From Patescibacteria group bacterium (lineage in GTDB: Bacteria; Patescibacteriota; Patescibacteriia; UBA9570), in contig JAJRVJ010000028.1 of assembly GCA_024277435.1 (NCBI GenBank), forward strand, positions 97,300-161,299: DNA of 64,000 nt. The letters run 5' to 3'. This document shows, in pieces, positions 21,383 to 31,150 of the stretch. The notes under the pieces are model-generated. The model saw only the letters and a list, made by a program, of their open reading frames with translations, made no database searches and was not told where the DNA came from. How positions within the stretch are numbered: position 1 is the first letter of the stretch; each line of letters opens with the position of its first letter. The translations under genes were made by a program, and so were the position numbers.

Positions 21383-23332
21383 ATGTCTGATACCAATCTG
21401 CGTGGGGCCCTCCGTGATGTGGGCTCTGCAAACGCCGTTGCTACGGTTGTGGCGGTTGAGGCGGAAGAACTGCAGCGGAAGTTGCCTAAAGGCACGCTGG
21501 TCGAGCGTCTCTGGCACCAGGTTTTCATGCCGGAAGGCTGGAAGACCAAGGATCTACTGAAGCGCACCATGCCCCTGCTCACCTGGGTCGCCGTGGAGCG
21601 GAACCTGTTCCGCATTTTCGGTAATCCCCAGGCTGCTGCGAAGGCGGTGGCTGCCAAGGCCGCTACGGCGGACTTCGGTGGCTTGGAGTTGGCGGACTGG
21701 TTCCGTTGGCTTCTGCGGCTGTTCGTGCCGCCCAGTTTCGTGTTCGCCTCAATCATCCCGCGGCTGATGCCCAAGTTCAACACCCTGAAGCGAGTCACTC
21801 TCGTGGAAGAAGATGACAACCACGTCATCTATCGGGTGCAGTACATGAACAAGAGCGGTAAGCAGACGCACGATCCTCACGAGGATATGGGTTCCCGTGT
21901 CTGGTTCGAGACGGCCATGACGGCTGGCGCGGCCAAGTACTGGTTCCCAGACGCTGCGCGGGTAGTACACCACGTGTTGGAGTTGGACCTCGTCCAGTAC
22001 CTCCAGCACTTCACTGAGTTCATGCCTGGCACCACCTTCTACCGGTCCGGTGGTACGCTGCGTATGCGCGCTACCGATGCGCGGCCCGACGTCATGGATA
22101 CGGTAGTGGCCACTCAAGTTCAGCTTCGGCCGGATGATGACGGCTTCTACACCGTCGTTGCCACTCAGGAAGACCTGAACATGGGCTTCGACACTCGCCT
22201 TGGCTGGCGGGTGGAGCGTGATATTGCGGCAGTGGACGCCATGGGTGAAACCTGGCAGCCCGTCGCTAGTGGAACGATCTTCTGCGCTGGAGCCAAGTGC
22301 TCGCTCACCGAGTACAACTGGCGTCCGCAGACAATCGCTCTGCGCGCGGTGTTCCGGTTCGCGGTGTTCTGCATCAAGCTGCTCGGTGGAAGCTTCACTG
22401 GCGCCGCTAGGTTGGCCGAAGCCAAGACGAACATGGCTGAGCTGGCTGCCGAGCGTGATAACGCTCTGGGTGACGCCGAGCGTGAACGTGCGCTCCGCCA
22501 GGAGATGGACAAAGATCACTTCCCGACGGAACAGATCGCTACGGCGATGCGTGAGCAGGCGTTCAGCCCGCGTCAGCTCTTCGGAGCGTTGCTGTTCTTC
22601 GATCTCGGCGATAGCACGGCTGCTAACGAGCGTCTTCCGAACTACGCGGATTTGCTCCAGCAGTTCATGGATGCCATCGATGCCGTTATGGTGCGCTACC
22701 GTGAGGGAGCGCGTGAAGACGGTGTCGTAGGATTCACGGTCTCGGAGCCGGGCGATGCTCGCCTCATGATCTTCTCGCGGCGCTGGAATGAGCACCACCA
22801 GACTATGGACGAGGCCGTTGCCCGCGATTAGCTCGCGGTGGCCATTGCGGTGGCCACGGAGATCTTCGCGATCTTCAACCAGGTGTTCAATGTTCCTGGC
22901 GGCCCCAGCTGCGTGCGCATCGGCATTCACTACGGCGAGTTCAAGCTCGATCGCCGTGGTGCCAGCAAGAGCCGTGCTCAGTGTTACGGCGATACCACGA
23001 ACACCGTCGCTCGTTTGGAGGCGGCCGGTAAGTTGCCTGGCGTAGCGGCCGGTGACCTGCGCACCGTGGTGCTGATGGCGAGCGTGGCCGAACTGGTGGC
23101 AGACAGTCACGAGTTCGTGCCGGTCGGCACACAGACCTTCAAGGGTGTCTCCGGACACCATGAGGTCGTGCGGCTGCTGCTGCCTGGTCAGCAGGGCGTT
23201 CGTCGCCTCAAGGACTTCACCGAGGAGATCAAAACCTTGCCGGACGTCGCAATCCAGCAGTTGGGGCCAGCGGACGCCAACCGTGAACTCCTCGACGAAC
23301 TCCTCGATGAGTTCGTCAGCGAAGCAGAGTAG
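21383..23332 (+). CDS. GC-rich class III adenylate/guanylate-type cyclase with N-terminal sensor region and coiled coil; in-frame TAG at 22829-22831
   Basis: LLFFDLGDST, PGDA, RIGIHYG, YGDTTNTVARLE, FKGV motifs span both ORF-track pieces in one frame; CAGAKC...YNW resembles a V4R-like motif. Confidence 0.75.
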
Positions 23333-23333
23333 C

Positions 23334-23383
23334 GCTCTACCCGGTCGTGCACCTAACAAGTGCGCGGCCGGGTAGGGTAGGAG
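23334..23383 (+). terminator. Strong GC hairpin immediately after the cyclase stop
   Basis: CTACCCGGTCGTGCAC/GTGCGCGGCCGGGTAG. Confidence 0.55.
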
Positions 23384-23574
23384 GATTTAGCCCCCTAGTG
23401 TGGGTGCATGTCATGGCATGCACTAAAACATTCAGGGGGCTTTATCACATATTCAGGCACTTGATTTTTACTTAAAAAAATGTTATACTTCTAAAAACAA
23501 GTTCTTACACTAGTATAGTAATACATAAAAATACTATATTGCTGTAACAACTGGTAAAACAAAAATAAAAAAAC

Positions 23575-25062
23575 ATGTCCCATCAAAAAGAACCTGTCCA
23601 GAGCGCTATCACTGGAGATCAAGTTATTCATATTCCCACATTTCGTGAGAAAGTTTTTGGTTTTAGAGTTATTTCACTATTCAACCTACTATTAATAGTG
23701 GAGATTCCGTTTATCGTAATTGTACAATTTTTTCTCGATAAATCAGAACGTGATGAACTGTGGCGCTTAGCGGCGCATCGTAACTGTAATATTTTCTTAA
23801 AACTCTGGGGGATTGATTTAGAAGTAATCAACATTCCTCGTTACCAACATCCAGTTATTTATTCATCCAATCACCCTAGTATGATTGATGGGTTTATATT
23901 ATTCGGCTTACTGGGCCCAAATGTGGTAGCGCTTACTGCGCCGTTTACTAGTTTTGGCTTTCCTTTCAACTATTGGTTTAAAAATATGGGGTTTATTGAT
24001 ATTCAACGCGATGCCGATGATATTCATAAGCACCCCAAAGCCAATACACGTGATGAGGCGTTCAAAAAAATATTCAATCACGTAAAACAAGGGCATAGTT
24101 TATTAATATTTCCAGAGGGTCATGTTGAACGTACGCATAAGTTACATTACGTGCACACTGGTGTAGCGCGCATTGCATTGCGGGCTAAAGTTCCTGTGCA
24201 AGTATTAAGTATTGTGGGTATGGAAAAGTTATTTTTTGGTGGATTTGGTGCTAGTAAAGGTAAGCTACAGGTGCGGTTTGGTAGATTTATGGATCCACCA
24301 GCTGTATCAAAGCTCGTGCCATTTCGCAAAGTAGTAAAGGCCTTCTCCAAGGATATTGAACGAGCTATTGTTTCTATAATCCCGTTACGCTATCTTCCAG
24401 AGTATTATAATGCTACAGGGCAAAACATTGCGGTGTTCGTTGATATAGATAACACTTTGTACAATGGTTACTCAATGAAGGATTTTGTGCGCTATTTATT
24501 AAAAAAGAAATCACTTTCGAAATGGTTGCCTCTTAAAGTATTATTTTGGGTAATTTTAGAAAAGATACATATTGTTTCGCATAATCGCTTAATGAAAATT
24601 TCACTTGGTGTATTAGGTGGATTTGAAGTGAAGCATTTTAATAAGTTATGTGAAGATTTTTTTAATGACGTAGCTGTTCATAAAATCAATCATCATCTTT
24701 TGCCAGATATTAAAGATCACCAAGAGGATGGACATGTAGTTATCATCGTAAGTGAGGTAGTACATCCCTTAGCGAATTTGTTCAAAAAATACCTAGAAGC
24801 ATCAGCCTCAATTGATACGGTGCTACTAAAAAAGGATGGTGTGTACACTGGTGAGGTAGAAAGTTTAAACTATGGCTTTAGTAAAGCAGAGCATGTAGAG
24901 GAGTTTGCACATAACTTCAATATTAATGTAAAGAAAAGTTATGCCTACGCTGATTCCATTAGTGATTTGCCATTATTATATTCTGTTCGCTACAAAACCG
25001 TGGTAAATCCAGATAAAAAGCTTAAAAAAGTCGCTCAAAAGAACAATTGGCCAGAACTATAG
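23575..25062 (+). CDS. PlsC-type acyltransferase fused to a HAD-IB (SerB-like) hydrolase
   Basis: NHPSMID and IFPEG acyltransferase motifs; VFVDIDNTL and YAYADSISDLPLL HAD motifs. Confidence 0.85.
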   Translation: MSHQKEPVQSAITGDQVIHIPTFREKVFGFRVISLFNLLLIVEIPFIVIVQFFLDKSERDELWRLAAHRNCNIFLKLWGIDLEVINIPRYQHPVIYSSNHPSMIDGFILFGLLGPNVVALTAPFTSFGFPFNYWFKNMGFIDIQRDADDIHKHPKANTRDEAFKKIFNHVKQGHSLLIFPEGHVERTHKLHYVHTGVARIALRAKVPVQVLSIVGMEKLFFGGFGASKGKLQVRFGRFMDPPAVSKLVPFRKVVKAFSKDIERAIVSIIPLRYLPEYYNATGQNIAVFVDIDNTLYNGYSMKDFVRYLLKKKSLSKWLPLKVLFWVILEKIHIVSHNRLMKISLGVLGGFEVKHFNKLCEDFFNDVAVHKINHHLLPDIKDHQEDGHVVIIVSEVVHPLANLFKKYLEASASIDTVLLKKDGVYTGEVESLNYGFSKAEHVEEFAHNFNINVKKSYAYADSISDLPLLYSVRYKTVVNPDKKLKKVAQKNNWPEL

Positions 25063-25087
25063 AGAATTTGGTATACTAGTGAGCGCT

Positions 25088-26260
25088 ATGGCTAAAAATA
25101 TTACGGCACTCACAATCGATTTAGAGCAAGATGGCTGGGATACTTCAACCGGCTTTATTAAGCGGGAAGTGTCTATGCCGGAACTGGATCAATCGAATCC
25201 ATCCGACACTATCTCTGTAATTGTCAAAATTCAATACGCTGGCATGTGCGGCTCCGATCGTGGTATTTGGAAGCGCGCCGCGTTTTCCGACATGTTCAAA
25301 GAATCCTTAGCCGAAGAAGGAAAATCGCTACGGATCTTGGGCCATGAGTTTATGGGAGAAATCGTAGAAGCTGGATCGCAAGTAGAGGAATTATATGGTA
25401 TTAAAACTGGAGATCTTGTTTCAGGTGATTCGCATGTTACGTGTGGTCGTTGTTTTCAATGCAGGGTAGGTGAACAAGAGGTGTGTCAGGATCAGGCTAT
25501 TTTAGGAATTTCTATTGATGGCATTTTTGCTGAGTACGTGAAGATTCCTGCTAAAAACTTATGGGCCATTGATACATCACGGGTTCGTCCTGAGATGGCT
25601 GCATTATTCGATCCCTTTGGAAACGCGGTGCATGCATTATCAAAAACCGATGTACGAGGCGCCCGTGTAGCTATATTTGGTTGCGGTCAAATTGGTTTAT
25701 TCTCTATATTATTAGCTCGCACATTTGGCGCCGCTAAAGTAATTGGCATCGATGTTAATCAAGATAATCTTGATATGGCAAAAGAGTTAGGTGCGCATGA
25801 AACTATTTTAGTTAAGCCAGAAACCAAGGCTAACGATTATGATGCAGATCCAGCGGTTATTGAACGCATTATGGAGCTAACGTATGGTAAGGGCGTTGAT
25901 GTAAGCATGGAAATGGCTGGGTTTAATTCGTCGGTGAATAATTGTATAGCTGCAACAAGATTTGGTGGGGACGTGATTCTATTTGGTATCAAAGATGGAG
26001 ATTTCGTTATTCCAGATTTTTCACGCATGGTTGTAAAAGGGCTTACGTTACATAATGTGATTGGGCGACAAATTTTTCAAACCTGGCAAACAGCTCAACG
26101 AGTATTATCCGATAAGAGCAATGGTGTGCAAGATAAAATGTGGGATATTATTATGAAGGGCGGAAATGATACCGTCATTAAGCTTAGTGAATTTTCACCA
26201 GAACTCATAGAAGACAAAATGGCAGCTCACCCTAAATTAGTATTTGATATGCAAAATTAA
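25088..26260 (+). CDS. tdh: Zn-dependent L-threonine 3-dehydrogenase-like
   Basis: GMCGSD, GHEFMG, CGRCFQC...C, DPFGNAVH; adjacent to kbl. Confidence 0.8.
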   Translation: MAKNITALTIDLEQDGWDTSTGFIKREVSMPELDQSNPSDTISVIVKIQYAGMCGSDRGIWKRAAFSDMFKESLAEEGKSLRILGHEFMGEIVEAGSQVEELYGIKTGDLVSGDSHVTCGRCFQCRVGEQEVCQDQAILGISIDGIFAEYVKIPAKNLWAIDTSRVRPEMAALFDPFGNAVHALSKTDVRGARVAIFGCGQIGLFSILLARTFGAAKVIGIDVNQDNLDMAKELGAHETILVKPETKANDYDADPAVIERIMELTYGKGVDVSMEMAGFNSSVNNCIAATRFGGDVILFGIKDGDFVIPDFSRMVVKGLTLHNVIGRQIFQTWQTAQRVLSDKSNGVQDKMWDIIMKGGNDTVIKLSEFSPELIEDKMAAHPKLVFDMQN

Positions 26261-26273
26261 TTTCAAATAACTT

Positions 26274-27458
26274 ATGAATAAAGCATTAGTAAATCACGCC
26301 CAACAACAGCTGGATGACATTAATGAAGCTGGTTTATATAAAAATCAACGTGTCATTACTTCAAAACAAGGTACTGTTGTAGAGGTAGATGGTAAAGAAC
26401 TTATTAATTTCTGTGCAAATAATTATCTTGGATTATCCGGTCGCCAGGAATTGATAGATGCCGCTAAGGATAATCTTGATAATTATGGATACGGTTTATC
26501 CTCTGTGCGGTTTATTTGTGGAACTCAGAGCGTACATAAGGAGCTAGAAGCAAAGATTGCTGAATACCTTCATAAAGAAGATGCCATTACATTTACATCG
26601 TGCTGGGATGCTAATGAAGCGGTATTTACAACCTTACTTGGTAAAGAAGATGCCATTCTCACAGACGCATTAAATCACGCAAGTTTAATTGACGGCATTC
26701 GTTTATGTAAAGCTGAACGCCATATTTTTAAACATATGGACATGGCTGACCTTGAAGAGCAATTAAAAGCAACGCAAGATAAGCGGTTGCGCTGTATTGT
26801 TACCGATGGTGTATTTAGTATGGATGGTGACGTAGCGCCATTGAAAGAAATTCGTGATTTAGCAGATAAATACGACGCTTACGTTGTGGTAGATGATTCT
26901 CATGCAACGGGCTTTATGGGAGAAACTGGACGCGGTGCGGTAGAGCAAGAGGGTGTATTGGATCGTGTAGATATTATTACTACTACCTTTGGTAAGGCGC
27001 TCGGTGGCGCAAGTGGAGGCTGTATTGCAGGGTCAAAAGAGGTGATTGAATTATTCCATCAAAAGGCACGCACTACATTATTTACCAATTCTGTTCCACC
27101 AGTGGTTGCGGGAACAACATTATTTGCACTCAACTATGTTGACGAGCACCCAGAGTTACGAGAGCAGTTATGGAAAAACACCAATTATTTTCGAGACGAG
27201 ATGACAAAAAATGGATTTACCGTTCCAGAATCTGTTCATCCAATTGTTCCAGTGATGATTGGTGATGGAAAGGCAGCTAGCGACATGGCGGATGATATGC
27301 TTGAAGAGGGTATTTATGTTATCGGCTTTAGTTATCCAGTTGTACCAATCGATACAGCGCGCATTCGTGTGCAAATTTCTGCCATTCATACTAAGGAGCA
27401 AATCGATCAGCTATTGACAGCCTTCGAAAAACTCGGTAAAAAATATAGCATTATCTAA
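26274..27458 (+). CDS. kbl: Glycine C-acetyltransferase (2-amino-3-ketobutyrate CoA ligase)
   Basis: NFCANNYLGL, SVRFICGTQ, DGVFSMDG, DDSHATG, TFGKALGGASGG, ARIRVQIS. Confidence 0.93.
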   Translation: MNKALVNHAQQQLDDINEAGLYKNQRVITSKQGTVVEVDGKELINFCANNYLGLSGRQELIDAAKDNLDNYGYGLSSVRFICGTQSVHKELEAKIAEYLHKEDAITFTSCWDANEAVFTTLLGKEDAILTDALNHASLIDGIRLCKAERHIFKHMDMADLEEQLKATQDKRLRCIVTDGVFSMDGDVAPLKEIRDLADKYDAYVVVDDSHATGFMGETGRGAVEQEGVLDRVDIITTTFGKALGGASGGCIAGSKEVIELFHQKARTTLFTNSVPPVVAGTTLFALNYVDEHPELREQLWKNTNYFRDEMTKNGFTVPESVHPIVPVMIGDGKAASDMADDMLEEGIYVIGFSYPVVPIDTARIRVQISAIHTKEQIDQLLTAFEKLGKKYSII

Positions 27459-27513
27459 ATTACAAAATCTCTCCTACAGGTTAAGAAGGGGATGAGTGAG
27501 GTTAAAAGAAAAT

Positions 27514-27792
27514 ATGCCAAAAGTTAAATTTATTGCCGATAATATTGAGGTGGAAGCCGAAGAGGGTAAGTTACTTCGCGAGGTCTGTCAGGATAATGAC
27601 ATGACTATCCCGTTTGGTTGTGAGAATGGATTATGTGGTACCTGTTTGGTAAGTGTTAAAGAAGGAGAAGATAATCTTTCCGAAAAAACGGACATTGAAA
27701 AAGAAACATTAGAAGCTATTTTAGCGTACGAAGATCAGCGCTTGGCCTGTCAGTGTAAAGTACAGGGCGATGTAACATTTGATCTAGATTAA
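27514..27792 (+). CDS. 2Fe-2S ferredoxin
   Basis: C-x4-C-x2-C (CENGLCGTC) and RLACQC. Confidence 0.9.
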   Translation: MPKVKFIADNIEVEAEEGKLLREVCQDNDMTIPFGCENGLCGTCLVSVKEGEDNLSEKTDIEKETLEAILAYEDQRLACQCKVQGDVTFDLD

Positions 27793-27799
27793 GTAGCGC

Positions 27800-28438
27800 A
27801 TGTTTTTTGATCTCCTTGAAGTAAATCCACTATTCTTAATTCCTTGGATACTCACGGTTATTTTTGCTATTGGTATTCACGAATTTTCTCACGCGCTGTC
27901 CGGATATTTGCAAGGAGATGATACCGCGCAACGGCAGGGTAGGTTGACATTAAATCCACTTAATCATATAGATTGGCTGGGGTTTGCATTATTGCTTTTC
28001 ATTGGTTTTGGTTGGGGTAAGCCAACGCCATATAACCCATACAATTTGAAATATAAAAAATGGGGTGGGGCACTAGTGGCCATAGCCGGGCCAGTTTCAA
28101 ATATTTTAATGATGGTAGTATCTATTTTTGTATTTAAACTACTTGGATTTACAAATTTAAATTGGATGCTTTCAACAAACTTATTGGAGGTGTTTCTGTT
28201 ATTCATGGTGCAATTAAATATTGTATTATTTGTATTTAATCTTATCCCAATTCCACCATTAGATGGTTCGAAAGTTCTTTATAGTATTCTTGGTCCTAAG
28301 CGCCAGAATATTATTCGTACCCTTGAAATGCAGGGTCCTTGGCTGCTATTATTATTAATTTTATTCGGCCAAGGCATTCTTGGTCGCATGATTTCATTTG
28401 TATTTTTGGCAGTGTATCAATTATTTGGGCTTATCTAG
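27800..28438 (+). CDS. Site-2 protease (M50 family)
   Basis: HEFSH, AGPVSN, FNLIPIPPLDG. Confidence 0.92.
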   Translation: MFFDLLEVNPLFLIPWILTVIFAIGIHEFSHALSGYLQGDDTAQRQGRLTLNPLNHIDWLGFALLLFIGFGWGKPTPYNPYNLKYKKWGGALVAIAGPVSNILMMVVSIFVFKLLGFTNLNWMLSTNLLEVFLLFMVQLNIVLFVFNLIPIPPLDGSKVLYSILGPKRQNIIRTLEMQGPWLLLLLILFGQGILGRMISFVFLAVYQLFGLI

Positions 28439-28556
28439 TTCGGTCTAACAAATACATACTATCTATTTGTCATAATATGCTATCAATAGTACACTATTTT
28501 TAGTCCCTTATTTTAATATAATTTAGTCGCATATATACTAACTAACTAACTATCAT

Positions 28557-29270
28557 ATGTTTATGAGAAAAGTACTTTTAGGTGCAATGGTTACCGCTGT
28601 TGCGGCATTACTTTTGCCGGTTGCTGCAACTCAAGCCGCTGAGTTAGCATTTACAACGCAACCCACTATTGAATTTGAACAAGTAAAACGTAGGAATCCT
28701 GTTCCGCAAACCATGACTATCGCAGTTTCTGGTCAGGTGGATGATGGCGACGAAACAATCGATCGCATGGAACTTACCATTACCGATTCAACTGATGATA
28801 CTACAGTGTGCGTTATTGATGATATTACCGCTGATGTGCGATCGTTAAAGATTAATAAAAAGAATTGTTCAGATTTAAATGTGCTCAGTCAGTATAGCGG
28901 TAGCTTAGTAGAGTACTATGAATCAGGTAATGAATCGCGTGCGGGTACTGCAACATTCCGTACTGCACCGCCAAAGTTAAAACGCCTCAGAACCCCAAAG
29001 AAAAAACGTAAGGCTAACAGCATTCGTGTGAAATTCAATCGTGGCGTTAACGCTGCCGGAACATCTATGTATGTAGATTATGTAGTAACTCGACGTAAGA
29101 ATAAAAGTAAGATTGTAGAGAATGGCACAACGTATACAAGGAATAATTATGTAGATATCTCAGGATTGCCAGCTAATAAAAAACTTTCTGTTAAAGTAGC
29201 GCTGCGGTCAACTTCATACGGGTCTGGACCATGGTCTAAATGGAAGAAATTCAAAACCAAGAAAAATTAG
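28557..29270 (+). CDS. Secreted protein with a C-terminal fibronectin type III-like domain
   Basis: Signal peptide (A-x-A); C-terminal ISGLPAN...V....GPWSKWKKFKT. Confidence 0.65.
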   Translation: MFMRKVLLGAMVTAVAALLLPVAATQAAELAFTTQPTIEFEQVKRRNPVPQTMTIAVSGQVDDGDETIDRMELTITDSTDDTTVCVIDDITADVRSLKINKKNCSDLNVLSQYSGSLVEYYESGNESRAGTATFRTAPPKLKRLRTPKKKRKANSIRVKFNRGVNAAGTSMYVDYVVTRRKNKSKIVENGTTYTRNNYVDISGLPANKKLSVKVALRSTSYGSGPWSKWKKFKTKKN

Positions 29271-29294
29271 ATAGCTAATCTTAGCACTTTTCAT

Positions 29295-29319
29295 AGCCCC
29301 GCATTTATATGCGGGGTTT
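29295..29319 (+). terminator. Intrinsic terminator
   Basis: CCCCGCAT/ATGCGGGG stem followed by T-rich tail. Confidence 0.7.
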
Positions 29320-29378
29320 GTGTTTTGGCCAATTTTATGTTTATTCACAACACGTATTCATATGTTGGTTCAATATTC

Positions 29379-29407
29379 TTGACAGATAGAAGTGATCTGT
29401 ATATAGT
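29379..29407 (+). promoter_or_regulatory. Sigma70 promoter of rpsL
   Basis: TTGACA-17 nt-TATAGT. Confidence 0.7.
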
Positions 29408-29454
29408 AACCGTCGCGCTTAATACGCATGAAAACACTATAAAATAATACTGAA

Positions 29455-29874
29455 ATGCCAACAATCAATCAACTGATTCGCAAACCTCGTAAACGGACTA
29501 AGAAGAAGTCTAAAGTTCCTGGATTGCAGATGACATTCAACGCTATGAAACGACAACGTAAACCTTTGAAAAAGGGTAGTCCATTTAAGCGTGGTGTATG
29601 TACGAAAGTAACTACAGTAACTCCAAAAAAGCCTAACTCAGCGTTACGTAAAATTGCTCGTGTTCGTTTATCAAACGGAATGGAAGTAACTGCGTATATT
29701 CCTGGCGAAGGTCACAATCTTCAAGAGCATAGCATTGTATTATTACGTGGTGGTCGTGTACGTGATCTACCTGGTGTTCGTTATCATGTCGTTCGTGGCG
29801 TGTATGATACATCTGGTGTAGAAGGACGTCGCCAAAGCCGTTCTCACTATGGTACAAAGAAGCCAAAAGAATAA
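29455..29874 (+). CDS. rpsL: 30S ribosomal protein S12
   Basis: [32 protein letters not shown]. Confidence 0.98.
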   Translation: MPTINQLIRKPRKRTKKKSKVPGLQMTFNAMKRQRKPLKKGSPFKRGVCTKVTTVTPKKPNSALRKIARVRLSNGMEVTAYIPGEGHNLQEHSIVLLRGGRVRDLPGVRYHVVRGVYDTSGVEGRRQSRSHYGTKKPKE

Positions 29875-29902
29875 TTTTGTTAAATAATTATAGATATAAG
29901 AT

Positions 29903-30367
29903 ATGCGTGGAAAACGTGCCCCCAAACGTAAAGTAGCTCCAGATCCTGTGTATAACAGCACAACTGTAGCGAAGTTCATTAACTACATCATGTTGAATGG
30001 TAAGAAAACTATTGCACAAGGAATTGTGTATGATGCATTTGATATAGTAGAAAAAAAGACTGGTGAAAAAGGTTTGGATATGTTCGATAAAGCGATGCGT
30101 AATGTTTCGCCAACTGTTGAAGTAAAAGCCCGCCGAATTGGTGGTGCCAATTATCAAGTACCTATTGAAGTAAAAGGTGATCGACGATTCACGTTAGCAT
30201 CTCGCTGGATGATTACAGCTGCTCGAGCTCGTAAAGGTAAACCTATGCGAGAACGCCTAGCATTAGAAATTATGGACGCTGTAGAAGGACAAGGCGAGGC
30301 AGTAAAGAAGAAGCAAGACGTACATCGAATGGCCGAGTCAAACCGAGCGTTTGCACATTTTGCCTAA
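29903..30367 (+). CDS. rpsG: 30S ribosomal protein S7
   Basis: RRIGGANYQVP, HRMAESNRAFAHF. Confidence 0.98.
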   Translation: MRGKRAPKRKVAPDPVYNSTTVAKFINYIMLNGKKTIAQGIVYDAFDIVEKKTGEKGLDMFDKAMRNVSPTVEVKARRIGGANYQVPIEVKGDRRFTLASRWMITAARARKGKPMRERLALEIMDAVEGQGEAVKKKQDVHRMAESNRAFAHFA

Positions 30368-30394
30368 GGTTAGTCTACAGTTAGTAAAAAAAAT

Positions 30395-30423
30395 AAACCC
30401 CACGGCTAAAGCGTGGGGTTTTT
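30395..30423 (+). terminator. Intrinsic terminator after rpsG
   Basis: AAACCCCACG/CGTGGGGTTT followed by T run. Confidence 0.75.
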
Positions 30424-30516
30424 AGTGCATGGATTATTATATACGATGTTGCCTTATGGTAATTTTTGTGCTATAATTACTTAAATTAGTTATTTTATTC
30501 ATAATTTATAGCAAAA

Positions 30517-30960
30517 ATGCTTATGAAAAAACTTTTAGCTCGCGGTCTAGCTGCAGCTGTTGGAGTTACTGCTCCAGCGATTGCTCTGGCGCAAAACTAT
30601 TCCAACGATTACTATGACGATTACTATGACGATTACTACTACGATGATTACAGCACCGTTTCTGACGGTACAGCTGCTGCTCTCGGAGTAGGAATGATGG
30701 TATTCATTGGAATTATTGCTCTGCTAAGTTTAGTTGCAGGTATTTTCGTTCTATGGATGATTATCGATGCTGCTCGCCGAGACTTTGATCAAAAAGTTAT
30801 GTGGATCCTATTAATGGTATTCCTTGGCTTAATTCCAGCTATTGCATACTTCTTTATGATCAAGAAGAAAAATGTTACCGGTTCTGGTAGCAAACCAGCT
30901 TCTCCAGCTGCTGGCGGACAAACTCCACCAGCTCAACCACCGCAACAGCCACAACAATAA
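30517..30960 (+). CDS. Membrane protein with signal peptide, Asp/Tyr repeat and PLDc_N-like hairpin
   Basis: WMIIDAARRDFDQKVMWILLMVFLG..AIAYFF; DYYDDYYDDYYY repeat; P/Q-rich tail. Confidence 0.7.
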   Translation: MLMKKLLARGLAAAVGVTAPAIALAQNYSNDYYDDYYDDYYYDDYSTVSDGTAAALGVGMMVFIGIIALLSLVAGIFVLWMIIDAARRDFDQKVMWILLMVFLGLIPAIAYFFMIKKKNVTGSGSKPASPAAGGQTPPAQPPQQPQQ

Positions 30961-31150
30961 TTACTGTACTGTTACGGTATTAGAAGCAAAAGTCCCCATT
31001 CGGGGGCTTTTGTGTTATTTTGCAGTAAAACGCCCTGGAGGCCAAAAAGTCTAAAGGGGACTTTACATACCCAACGCAATCTAGTATCATACAGCAGCCT
31101 TTTACGAAAGGCATTTTTTAACGCTTAAACTATTAATTTCATCGCCCGCT

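Noticed and set aside
21749-23359. 536-aa minus-strand ORF and other long overlapping ORFs in the GC-rich islands
   Set aside because: Shadow ORFs caused by GC3 bias; cyclase motifs and SD are on the + strand.
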